64,000 bases of DNA from Hydrolagus affinis (lineage: Eukaryota), in assembly GCA_012026655.1 (NCBI GenBank), contig JAAILG010001168.1:1-64000 (forward strand), given 5' to 3'. Position 1 is the stretch's first letter; the number at the start of each line of letters is the position of its first letter. Positions 41,870 through 54,377 of the stretch are shown here, piece by piece. The translations under genes and the position numbers were made by a program. The notes under the pieces are model-generated. The model saw only the letters and a program-made list of their open reading frames with translations, ran no database searches and was not told where the DNA came from.

Positions 41870-42147
41870 TAGTACTAGATTAAACTACTTGGAAGGTTGT
41901 GGATAAAACTTGTCTTCCAGCTAAAGCTTAAATCTTGTACAGTATATTTTTTTCCAAATCATAAATGTTGGCTCTTCTAATAGTTCAACCTGCAGCAACC
42001 CGGCGCAGTTTGTAGCCTTCTCGCTTCTGAGCCAGAATGTTTGAGTTTAGGCCCCACCTTCGGAACTTTGAACTGATTGTCCAACGCCGCCTTGGGATGT
42101 CCTCCTGATGTGAAAGGCACTAATACAAATGTAATTTTGTGGTTGTT

Positions 42148-42502
42148 GAACTCACGGTGATGCTCCAATACAGTGTTGCAGGAGAGCTACATTGTTGGAG
42201 GTGATATGTTTTAGATGAGACATTCAACCAAGACATTAGACCTTGGTTTAATGTCTCATCTGAAACATATCAGGCAGATGTTAAAAATTTGATAGCACAA
42301 TTTGCAAAAGAGAAGTAAGTTCCTCCCACCTCCTGACCACCAGATCAAATGGGTCGTGCACTTCACAGCTGTTCGTGAGACATTGTTGCTTGGAAATTGG
42401 CTGCCACGTCTATCTACAAATACAGTCACAACACTTTGTAGAAAAACTCTGTGAAGTGTTTCAAGATGTTACAGTGTGATAAGGTGCTCTATCAAATACA
42501 GT
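42148..42502 (+). mobile_element. Degraded Deu-domain SINE with internal fold-back
   Basis: gctacattgttggaggtg...gatgagacatt, aaattggctgccacgt and an L2-like tail. Confidence 0.65.
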
Positions 42503-44169
42503 TTCTAAAGTTAATGCTTGAAATAAAGTGAACCAGAAGATTGCAGTGTTGATCCCCACCCAGTCTGTCGAGTTGTCTGATTTCAGTGAGAGTGGCACTA
42601 GAATTTGCAAATTACTCTTGGTTCGGGAGGGTAAGGAAATCATATAACACCTGCTCCTGATCATTATTGATTCCTATTGGAAACTTTGTCTTCGGAAATC
42701 CGATGAGAAGAAGATTGTGCTTGACTGGAATAGTTGAGCGGCTTGCTGACGCTCACCCAAAAAATCTTGGGTGAAGTATCAAAGAGGGAGCTGTACCCCA
42801 CCCAGTATCAGCTATCAGATGACACGGAGAGAAAACATCCGAAATATTGCGAATAAACCTTATTCTAATTCCTCTTGGTCAATGAATTACATCTTCCTTG
42901 CAGATAAGCTGTTTGGGAGATATATTAGTTATTAAGATAATCAATTATAAAAAATGTGATTTGAACCGTAAAAGCACTTTTTCAATTGTAATGGCAGGTC
43001 CAGATAATATTGAGCATTAAGTGCAATCATTATCACGATCACTGTTGTGTTTCCACTGTGCCTGCAAAGGTCAAAGGACAAGGTTAGTTTATGAGCTTAT
43101 TCTGCCATGTATCACTACAGGCAGCACCACTGAACAGCAGGATGGATAAACGCCACTCACCTCTCCATTTATTACCCCTGTCAACCGGTAAGGGATTTCT
43201 TATGTTGTGAAAAGTCCATCAACAATGAATCAGTGGAGTGAATACGACAGTTGATTTGTGAATTCAGATGATATGAAGTGACTAGATTTCTGTGGACTTT
43301 GTAGATAAAGCAACTGTCATAATAAAATAGGCTGTGCAATTCAGCAAACAAAATTTATCATATATTTGAAAACTCAATTTCAGAGTTTCCACTGTCATGA
43401 AAAAAATTGATTATTTAAGTTATTTTGAATTTTTTTTCAATTTGGGGGGATTTCAATGGCTGGTGCCAGAAAAATCTTACTATTGGCACTAATTCTACAG
43501 TAATTAGTAAACAATTGTTTATTATCTTGTATAATTTCTGCATGAATCATCATTTACTCCTAGTTTTGTGCTTTTCCAACCCAAGTTACTAGTCATCTGA
43601 AATAAGTACTGTAGGCAGTTAATTTGAAGAAATGCTTCAAAAAACCTTTCAACATGGCAACATGCAAAGTAACGAGACAGTAGCTGTAACTGATATCATG
43701 GCAAGATAAGAATTGTTTACTGGGTGATTATGTTCTGTCATTTGAACACAGCATGGAGCAATTTTCTTGAAATTAATTTGCGTATGTGCTAAAGACATGA
43801 AGCAAATTTTGATCATCCATGTTCAGGCAAATCCATATTACAAATTTTGAAGGCCTATTTGCATAGAATTTTTTTTACATTTCTGCAAGTAAAAAAAATT
43901 GCGTTAGATAAATTAAATTAGATAGATTAGATTAAACTGCATGCTTCTATGTTGAAATTGATTTTAAGTTCCAGTCATTATTTTTTACTGGGTGCATTTT
44001 AATGTGGCTTTGAGTTAATGTATATGTTACACTGTAAATTTTGATTGATCTCATTGACCTTCAATTCAATTGATCTCACAGCCAATTAACAATAGCTTAT
44101 TTATTTAGATAATCATATTTCCTTTTCATCCAACACGGGCACCGAAACGTTCAGAATTCTCTTTTTATA

Positions 44170-44720
44170 AGCTGACAGCTTTGAAAGCTGGCTTTAATGT
44201 GAATATCAGATACTTTATTGCCTTGACTTGTGTGACCTCATCTACTAGAATGAAGTCATTCACCGAGCTAAGGAAGACAAACCTTCGTTCCAGGGAATTA
44301 ATCAAGTCCATCAAGTGCCCCGCTTTACAGCCTTATCTCCAGCCAGTGAGAGAGTGAGCAGTTATAAACTTGACAGCCACCAGATAGCCTCCTGTCCTTC
44401 ATGTTATGCCAACATCAAAGGGGAACAAAGAGGTTTCCAGAAGCTGAAACGATCTCTGGATAAGTGCAGCTGACATAATTTCTAGCTTAGGGATTACATT
44501 GTTTTAGAACAAGGTATTTTAGGGAGAATGACTACAATACATTCCACTGAACTTTAACTTTTTGACGATTAACTTCACCGTTAGGAATGCTCAGTGGATA
44601 ATGGCTTGGCCGGCCTTTTCATCCCCAGCTATCGCACAACCCATAAACATTCCAATTAGGCAGCCAATTAAAATGAGAAAGAACCTCCTGAATTATACAG
44701 CAGTTGGAAGCTGTTCTGCC
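44170..44720. promoter_or_regulatory. Putative conserved non-coding element/enhancer
   Basis: Unique, balanced-composition, ORF-less block. Contains ACATCAAAGG (TCF/LEF, 44412), GAACAAAG (SOX, 44423), TGACAG (MEIS, 44371) and CTTATCT (GATA, 44332). Conservation not tested. Confidence 0.45.
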
Positions 44721-47288
44721 TTTTAGTTGTCAGACTGTGAAAGGTTTTTATTGCATTTGAACTGAAGGAGGTGAAAGAATTAAGTGAAACAGTTATGTTT
44801 GAAAGGATTGTATGAAGGGGCAGAGCAGTGATAAGAGTTCTCAGCATTAGTGCTGAGGAGCCATTAGTAGGGTATAAAAAGCTTTGTTATGCTAAGAGAT
44901 GGACATTATAACAGTCCGACAGATCCACTTACTCAGTTTAAGTAAAATTTTATTTCATTTTATTGCCTACTGCCGAGGGTGCAGACGTGATAATCACTTG
45001 TAAATTCTGGGGCGCAGGGCTGATCATGTTTTGTTAAGGCGTGAAGTACAGTACCTGAAGGCTTTTGGATGTTTCTGTGATCACCTGGCGAAAGTCAAAG
45101 AGAGCAGATCTTAGCTATGATTTTTCTAATCAAGTCGCTTGAGATCAAATTGTACAATACTGTACTAGGCAATTCCCAACCAGGGAGTTGAAATTGAAGA
45201 ATTGTAAAATAAATATTGTCTGTAACATTCATAGATTGCTCTTGTTTGCTTATTGGAGACACATTGGAAAAGTTAAACTCATGACATCATGAATGAAGCT
45301 GCCTTTGAAGTGCTGGAGGAACCACTTACAGTAATTAGGATATCCTTGAACAAGTGTTTCTGAAGTATTGGCTGGTTACTTGGCATTTGCCTCCTTTCCT
45401 GCCTACTAACTAGGAAGGCTTGATCTTAGATAATTATCCACCCACTGAGCTTCCAACCATGACAGTCAATTCCCAGGGGATACTGCGATGCCTGTACTGT
45501 TGACTGATGACTTCAGAATGTCAGAAGCATTAGGGCTGAATGTTAAGCAACAAAATTATCTGTTTTCGCTGCCTTCCATCAAAGTTTCTATAGATTTTAT
45601 AATTACTTACTGTGGGAACAGTCTTCCCAGTATGAATGTGCAAAGAACCGACAGCACAAATGAAAAGGCTTCAGTATAGAAGGTTACATTATCTTCTGCA
45701 TTCAAACCATCTCTAAAAATAAGTGCCTTTGCCACAGATGTACAGCATCATTGATATGATGTACATTTCTTTCCTCATTTATATTAAACCTCTGATCAAT
45801 CATTGCTGACAGTGCACTGTCTTTGTGTGAGGGGCTATAGGACAAATGTTTTAGCTTGTGAGAAGAAATTGTTAACGTTTGAAAAGAGAACGGCGTAGAG
45901 AGGATTAATGGCTCACTTTGATGGATTATAATGTAGTGAAATTGCTCAATATTGATATGAAAATGTTTGTGAATTGGCTGCATGGAATTTCCAATGGAAA
46001 ATGAAGGCTGTTAATTTCATCTTGTCAGTGTTATCAGTTCCAGTTCAGCTCATGCCAAACGCTGGCCCACAAAGACCGATGAGTGAGCTTGAAAAATAGC
46101 TGAATAGCACCCCAGTGAAAATCGATGTGCTCAAAACATTGAACTGTTCAGTGTTGCAATGTCAATTATTTTGTGCTCTTTGACTATATGGCTTATTATT
46201 ATGTAAAGGGCTTGATTCTACCAAGTATCAGGAATTGAATAATATGTAAAGCTACTCCGTATAATATGGCTGTCAATTTTACATACGTTAATTATAAGTA
46301 CAAGAGCAGTGTTCTATATGTGATCAAATTGTGTAAAAGTGGTGCTGATAGAAAATGATTTAGTCCAATAGAATAATATGAAAATCACAATTTTAATCGG
46401 ACAATGTAAATTTTGTCATATATATCAACATTGAGCCATAGCGCAAGGGAAAGAATATAAACTGAGTACAGATCAGCAATCGGGGGATTTATATGTAGAG
46501 TAAAATGTTATCAATCAGATTTATTTCTCATGAATTTTTTATTCGTGCAACTCAACTGGCTTGTCTGGAATCTTCACATGTATTTTATATAAAGACCGAC
46601 TTCGTGTTAACATATGAGTAATCTTAATTTTAAATTAAGATATATTACTATCAGATATTCCCTGTCATAATCTCATTAACACTAAAAAAGCTAAAATGTC
46701 TAAATCCCTTATTTTTAATTCTACAGAGATTATCTTGAGGTTAAAATGTCTCAGTTGCGCACACTAACTTGAATTTCAGATAAACCTTTCCATACCTGGC
46801 CCACGGTATGAATGGCCCTATCGTTAATCCCATGAAAAGATTAGTGGGTGAAAAACCTGAGTCGCTGAGTGAATTCTTTTATCTTATCTTTTTTATCTGT
46901 CTTGCAACATTTCTATAAACCTCTTTCTCACTTCATTATTTGGGGGTTCTTATACTACATTTGCCTGCTGCGTTTTATTAGTTTTTTTTTATTTCAGTGT
47001 TTTCTGTGGCTCTGTTTTTAGCAATCTGATTAGTGTCAAAGGTTGCCACATAACACATTTGGCCAGCAAATTAAGCATTTTAACCATGGGAAACCATGTT
47101 TCATAAATCAAAAATATTTATCTTGGGTTTCAAAACACCCAGTCTTGTAGTGATTTCCCTTAGATACTGGAAAATAAATGTCTCGAAGTTGTCTGTTTTT
47201 CATGTGAAATTTGCCTACAAAAACAAAAGGCTCATAATTTTGATTTTGCAACATTAATTACACAAATAAATAGAAAATATTAAAATGA

Positions 47289-47426
47289 AAACATAAAGTA
47301 CTGCAGATGCTGGAAATATGAAACAAAAACAGAAATCATTGGGTACATTTCGCAGGTCAGGCAGCATCTATGGAGAAAGGAAACTTGAGTCAATGTTCAG
47401 GCTTCACAACCCAACGAGTTCTGATG
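47289..47426 (-). mobile_element. Short Penelope-like element terminus flanked by a 12-bp TSD
   Basis: atattaaaatga at 47277-47288 and 47427-47438. Internal gcagatgctggaaat...caggtcaggcagcatctatggagaaagg. Confidence 0.7.
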
Positions 47427-47499
47427 ATATTAAAATGACTCAGTTGCACTGTTAGCAGAGAGAAGTAGAGAAAAATCTAAAATTAGGCATTAATCCGAC

Positions 47500-47850
47500 T
47501 CATTTGGTATCAAGACGTTATGGGTTCAAGATCCATGTTGGCACTTTGAACTCACACTCCAATGCAGTGCTGGGTGAGGACTGCAAGTTGGAGGTGCCAG
47601 CCATTGGATGAGACATTAAACAAAGGTGCCAACAGCATGTTCAGCTGGGCCTTAGATTGCCGTGACACAATTTAAAAAGAAAAGGGAATTTCTTCCAGTG
47701 CCCTGGCCAGTAATTCATCAGAAAAAAATAGTCTTGTGGGATTTTGCACAAAAATTGTTTGCCTTGTTCAGCTATAAATGCACAGAGAATCTCAAAGTGC
47801 ATAGGGACATCCTCTTTATTTGAAAGGCCCTATCTCAAATGCAATTCTAT
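47500..47850 (+). mobile_element. Old Deu-domain SINE
   Basis: gggttcaag B box, gttggaggtgcc...ggatgagacattaaac, and an L2-like tail. Confidence 0.65.
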
Positions 47851-48186
47851 GTTCATAGGATATGAACAGTGAAAACCTTGCATATCATGGGATAGCTGAA
47901 ACCTTGGAAACTCTTAAGGATTATACTAGATCAGGCTGACCTCATGCGTCTCTACTAATGTTGGGTGTTTGCCAAGAAAAAGCAGATTTTAAGCACTGAA
48001 TACCCACTCTTATCAGCAATTACAGTACAATAAATTATTTGGCTGTTAAGCCATCTCCCCAATGAAAAATGCAACCAAAAACATGCCATGTTGCTTTAAG
48101 ATAAGAAAACTGTAATCACAATCTATCCAGGTAATATTGTTTGAAGCCTGAACTAAATAATGTTCTTATTTTTCTGTTGTTCTTGT

Positions 48187-48485
48187 GGTATCCTGTAGTT
48201 TAGTTGTTAGAGCAGTCACCTTGCAAGTGAGAGACCTGGGGTCGATTCTAGGCTTGGTGAAACCTTGGGAATGTTTCCTTACTCTACACACCTGATAATA
48301 ATCCCTCAAAAAAAAATTGGTCCTTTCAATCCACGACCGTTTGTGGGACATTCCTGTGTGCAAGTGGCTGCCGCGTTAAGCCTACAACATATACAGTCAA
48401 TTCACTTTATAGTATATTCTGTAAAGTACTTTGAGACATCTAGCAGACGTGAACAATGCCATATCAAATGCAAGCATTCTTATAA
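48187..48485 (+). mobile_element. Full-length tRNA-derived SINE
   Basis: Family head, body and tail. Confidence 0.88.
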
Positions 48486-50368
48486 TTGATAGCAGCATTC
48501 ATTGTTGTTCATTTTATAGGGGGAACTAGTAGATACTGTATAGTATTTTTCTCTGAATTGCCATCAAGTTAAAAAATTTCTAATTCGTCACTTTGCAGCG
48601 ACCAGGTGTTGTGTAATCCTAGCTCAGCCGTTAAATTCACACAATTGAATTTGTGGAGTTGTCCTGTTGATGCTGCTTTGGCTGTGTCACAAAGAAACAC
48701 GAAGAACACTTTATACTCACATGCGTGCACTCGTAAACACATATTCATGTGCATGTTAATGACTTGCACACATAATCTTTTTTAAAACAGGTTTATTTAG
48801 TGGGAGAGTGTTGGGAGGGGAAGCAATCAATGAGAGCGTAAGGAAAGCGTTTATGGAGATTATGGTGATGAGCCATAAGGCAGTTTAAACTGACAGGATC
48901 AAGTGGTCATTCGCATGAAACTTTATTTTGTGAGTCGGTATGGTTTACAGTAATGTGGACTGGAAACTTATAGTTCAAACAGTTTAGATTCACAAGCTGA
49001 ATCAGGCTTCTATCAATGGAGTATAACAGTTTATACTAACTCCTACTGCATGTTCAGAGCTTTGAATACATTCCATCTTGTGGCAGCTCCAAACCCAGCA
49101 GTTTACAGAATGCAAGCAGACTCCTCGGTAACCAACCAGGGGCAGCTGTCAAAATCAGATGCTTACTTCTGCGTGGCAAAAAAACCCAATTGGAATGTGC
49201 TCAAAAGTGATAGAGGCAAGCCATCTAGTCTGAAATTTGTATTTACTTTGTACTTTCTATCCTTTCGTATTCCTAGCAAATATTCAAAGAATCCTCCTTC
49301 CTCCATCCAGACACCAAACCATTAGAAATACTGTACAAGGTTTGAAATGTTATTTCAATATGCCACTACTCCAAGCCACAGTATGGGTAGAGGCACAGGT
49401 TCCTCGGACGGCAGATTGCTGATCTTAGTTTGTTTGGAGTGAGGACTGACTGATTCTAAGTATGTGCTCGCAGTGAGAGGTTGAGAATTGGAGGATAAAT
49501 CTCCTTCTCTTGCACTAATAAGTGACTAGATCAAGACTGACATTGGTAGAGGATTGGAGTAGGTCATCCGCTCACCTTCTCAGGTGGGGAGTACATTTAA
49601 AAAAGGCTCAAATTGTTTCTGTACAGTCTGACATGATAGAAGTTTGTAACATTTTAACTATTAAAACATTGAATTTTAGCAGCTAAATATATACATTCAA
49701 ATCACCGGCGCTAGCTTGGAGGTTTCATAAATAGTGTGATTTATTTTTGTTTGTTTATATTTCAACACTTCCAAACTCATTATGTGTAATCAAGCCTGTG
49801 AAGAGGTGCATTTTCATGAGTGCCCATTTCAGCAGCGTTAACTGCCAAGATTGTGCCAGAGTGTAATCTGGGCCGGAATCACCGTGGCATAAACCTGGCA
49901 TTATAAACCGGGTATTACATATGACTACAGAGTGGGACTGACTGTATGAAACCAGCCACGCAGAATGGCATACAAAGCCTGTAGCATTTCCCAAGTGATT
50001 AAGAGGTGAAAATCTTACCTCCTTCATGCAAGAGGCCCTATCGCCTATGTTTTATTTTTTCAGTGAAGGCCGATTTTAAATAAAACAGTTTCCAATCCTT
50101 TGAATTTTTGGTTGCAAAGTTCACGGATGATGTAATTAAAATTCTGTTTCTTGAGTGTTTCAGTGCTTTTCAGAGTAAATTCTACATCTCAAAATATCTT
50201 TTATATTAAAAGAAACTTAAATAAATCCATCTCCATTATATAATTTACTGACAATAACATAAATCAAGATTTTTTATATTGCATTTTGGGGGAAGATTCA
50301 GGTATTTTTCCTTTTATTTATATCGCTCCATTGCATTTTCTTTATTTATCTGACTTTCCTCACCTTTG

Positions 50369-50877
50369 ACTCAACTCGCAAGTGAGAGAACCTGGGATTG
50401 ATTCCCAGATGGGTGAAACCTAAGGCAAGTTTCCTTACTCCACATGCCTCTGTTTACCTAGCAGTAAGTAGGAATCTGCTTGTTAGTCGATTGACAGATC
50501 ACTTTCCGGGGATAATAATCCCTCAAAAAAAAACTTAATCCATGACTGTTTGTTGGACCCTACTGTGTTCAACTGACTGCTTCGTTTTACCCACAAAATT
50601 ACAGTCAATTCACTTTACATTATATTCTGTGAAGGGCTTTGAGATGCCTTTCATAAATGCTAATTTAGCCATAATTTCTCTACATTTAAAAAAAACAATA
50701 ATAATTTGGTCGCTCAATCCACAACTTTTTATGGGATACTGCTGTGCGCAATTGGCTGCCGGGTTTCACCCACAACTATACAGTCAATTCACTTTCCAGT
50801 ATATTCTGTGAAGCGCTTTGAGACGTCTAGAAGACATGAAAAGCACTACATCAAATGCAAGGATTATTATTATTATT
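50369..50877 (+). mobile_element. Long-variant SINE (50369-50646) followed by a second 3' half (50690-50877)
   Basis: Contains the extra gcctctgtttacctagcagtaagtagg segment. The body is repeated. Confidence 0.85.
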
Positions 50878-52403
50878 TACTTGGCCAGTTTAGAGATATT
50901 GTGTATTGTTATCAAAATTTCTCATGAAGAACATTCATAAAAATTAAATGAAGATTTCTGTAAACCGTCTACATTAAATCATCTTCCATATACACTATAT
51001 TGTGAAAAAACAGCATTTCGGGAAGAATTGCCTTTTTAGTGACTACATGCTTTGACAATGTATAACATAATAATTAGTGATTCTCTTTTGAAAACAAAGG
51101 CTGGTTAAAGTGATATTCTTTACTGAATTGCACATTGAAATGGTAAGCTGAGAGGCAATATATCATTGCAGTCAGACATTCAAAGATGTTTGGAAATTGA
51201 TGATGAATGCATTTCAGTTGAATTAGGTTTGGCTTCACAAGAATTTTTTTTTAATATTGTGTAATAGGAGCAAATTAATTTGGTTGGCCACAGTACATGC
51301 TGAAAGTTGCAGTATTGTAGTACAATTATTTGTCTGCTCCTTGAACACGTCAGTCATTCCAATGTGGTTAATGTTTTTTCCAATGTATTTTTATTCCCAT
51401 TTCCTTCCTCTCTTTTTATAGCCTTTTCAGGTTATGCAGCCCGGCTTTATTTTGAAAGGGGAAAGTGAGCATCTGCAGATACCATATCTCCATAGCCTCT
51501 ATCAGTACCACTCTGTGACCAACTGATAGGGTGTTATTTGGAACACTGGACAATTTCCCTTCATCCTGTTGACAAAGTGCCTCCCATCCTTTCAATACAG
51601 TACTGTACTCTGCCCACTGACCCAACCAAAGTTAGGCTTGCTATATACTTATACATATATATTATATATACCACTGACTCTGATTCCGGTCTCAGACTTA
51701 TTTCACCACTGAACCACACTATATGTTGCATATATAATTTGAATGTTTTCCTGCACCTGGTAATACATTGCTACTAAATGGAAACAGCTGTAGTTTTTTT
51801 TCTGAGAAGTCAATTTTGATTTTTGTCAAATCTTTTGTGTCAAGATTATATCTTGATATCACTCAATCAAAATCGTGCAAAATACAGTACTGTGCTTTTA
51901 AAAAAAATGTTAAAGGTGCAGGATGACAATGATGCGAAACAAAACTCATTTGCTGGGGCCATATAAGCAGCATTCTAAGTTGGGTGCAGTTCAGAGAGAA
52001 ACGTCTGCTCAGCTTCAACAATGTGCCCTATCTCAAACTTGAGAAGCGCTGTTCCTTTCCGCATTTGTGTGAATTACGTGAATATTTTCACTTAAGCAAC
52101 CCATCTTTAAGGCAGCTCTGATTGAGGGAGACAGACAATTTGTGCTGCACTGTGTATTGTATGCTGTGTGGGTAGATTTAAACTGTGCAAAGTTATTACA
52201 CTTTGGACCCTTACAGTTGGCACATCAATTTGTATTCAAACTCATTGAAAAGTCTGTGTGCTGACCCACATCGCTGCCTATTCCATGATAGAAAACAATT
52301 TCAAAAACATGATGAGTCATTTTCTGTCTTATTTGATTTTTATGAAGAGAATGGCAATGCAGAAAACTGTAGGTAAAATTAAATGTTTGTTTGTTTCGTG
52401 CAG

Positions 52404-52466
52404 GGTGATACTGACCAAGAAGGAACTGATGATGACCTTCAAAGTATTACAACTTCATCTGTCAAT
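52404..52466 (+). CDS. Candidate internal coding exon (63 nt, phase 0/0): GDTDQEGTDDDLQSITTSSVN
   Basis: Acceptor tgtttgtttgtttcgtgcag| and consensus donor AAT|gtaagt. Phase matches the 26837 exon. A second frame (VILTKKELMM...) is also open, so the frame is inferred. Confidence 0.65.
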
Positions 52467-53310
52467 GTAAGTCATATTTGTGGCATTTTCAAGATATAAT
52501 TTTAATGTTACATTATTACAGAAATCAAAGTGGTATTTATATTAGATTATGTATTGAACAAGTCAGTTATATTCTGGTGGATATTTGCTAAGATGTTTTC
52601 TTTATACACAACAAATTCATATTTTCTACTATTCCTTTCTTTATCTGCCTTTGCAAATTTGCTAAACAGACTAAACTAATTGCAGTTGCATTAACATACC
52701 CCCTAACTCAGGAAGCCATCGAGACAAGAAAATACTTCAAATATTAAATGAATATTTACAATTCATTATATTTTGAAAACAGCTTCCTAATCAACTTAAG
52801 GTATATCTTCTAATCTACTATCAGAGTAATTCTTGAGAGCAAGTAATCAAAAATCTTAATTGTCATAATATTGTACTATATAATTAGTACAAAGTTTAGA
52901 GTTTACAAAATGCTCTGACTGACTTTTGTTGAAACCATCAACTGCCTACTTACTTATTCCAGCCTCTGATCTCCTGGAGTTTGCTTTCAGATGTTTCTAT
53001 TCAGTTTCAAGTATTCATCAATAAGCTTCCTGTTTTTTTGTAAAATGGTATAATTTTGGATTTTTCTCATTTATAAAACATATTTGCTTGTTTGCAAGAT
53101 TTAACTCCTTGTTGTATTAAAGTACATTTCTAATGTTCACTGAGTATTTTATCTGAAATGTTTGATGAGGCTGTCAAGTTTAGAATATATTACAGCAGCC
53201 AGTTCTTAATGACAATCAATTTCAAGAGATTAATTGAAATAGTACTTTTTAATGCATTACATATTATCATGTATCTTAAATCACATATAAGGATGGGAAA
53301 GTTCAAGTGG

Positions 53311-53541
53311 GGAGAAATTGCACAAAGTAGAAATTTACTCAATCTTTGTAGTGTTTTAGAGAATCCAGAATTTGGCAAAAAATTCTCCAGTACATCTTAA
53401 TTTTAAGCTAGTTTTCTGTAAATTCCTATAAAAAATATAGAAGACTGACTTCATAGTTAAGACTAAATTCAATAAAATCCCAAATTCTGGACACGCTAAA
53501 ATGCTACATAGAGTAGATCTCAATCCATGCGGAATTTCTCC
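53311..53541. repeat. Decayed palindromic (MITE-like) element
   Basis: ggagaaatt...tccagaatttgg pairs with ccaaattctgga...aatttctcc. The inner arms also pair. Confidence 0.65.
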
Positions 53542-54377
53542 GACAAAGATTTGTTGCAGTAGAAAATGGTTAACCAAAAAGAAAATGGTGAACCTGACAC
53601 TGGTTAGCTTTCCAGTTAGTTGACCGTTGAAATAGCTGTGAAAAGGCTGTACAATTAATCCACTTCAGTCTGAGCCCTGGCCTGTTCTTAAACTTGTTTT
53701 TGATCCTGACCTTTGCTACTCTGTTATTAATAATACATTATTGACCAGTTGCCTCTTTGGGGATCAGGAAGCATCGTGTTTCTCAACACAAAGCAACGAA
53801 AGGTCACACAATGATGGCCTCATGTTTGGAAATTTCTGCATCAATGCTACTTATTATAACACTCTGCTTAACCGACCAGTCCCTTTCAAACTTAAATTGA
53901 AGATTTAGAATTCCCTAATCCCTTAACGGAAAGTTTTATTAGGTACATCATAATGTTAGTTTCTTTTGTTACACTGCACCAGACTTGGTTCCACGGGAGC
54001 CTTCTTCACATTATGGCTCTGACAATTACATCATATTTCTTGGTGAGGAAGAAACGACTATTTTATCCATTTTGACTCGAAGGTATGCAACTTGGCTGCA
54101 GTCAAAATCGTTTGAGTTATATTTCTACCATGGAGCGTTAATTATTTTTAAACGTTTCTGCAGATTCTGCTACAACACAGTTTGCTAGAATTCCAGCTTC
54201 CCTGCAGCCTAACTTCATTTCCAAGACTACAAGTTCTCTTTCCCAAGGTGGGAACAGTCAAGTTGATTGATGCCTGAACAATATGATACCCCTTTCCTTA
54301 CTTAAAAAAAAGGGAATAACATGCAAACTAGCTTCTTAATGAAAGCTAACAGACACATATAAGTGTGAACTATAAAG

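Noticed and set aside
45504-45530. CTGATGA as a hammerhead core
   Set aside because: No GAAA follows a stem II.
51431-51530. Possible exon after ccttttcag
   Set aside because: The donor is weak and frame-breaking, and the longer frame ends in a stop.
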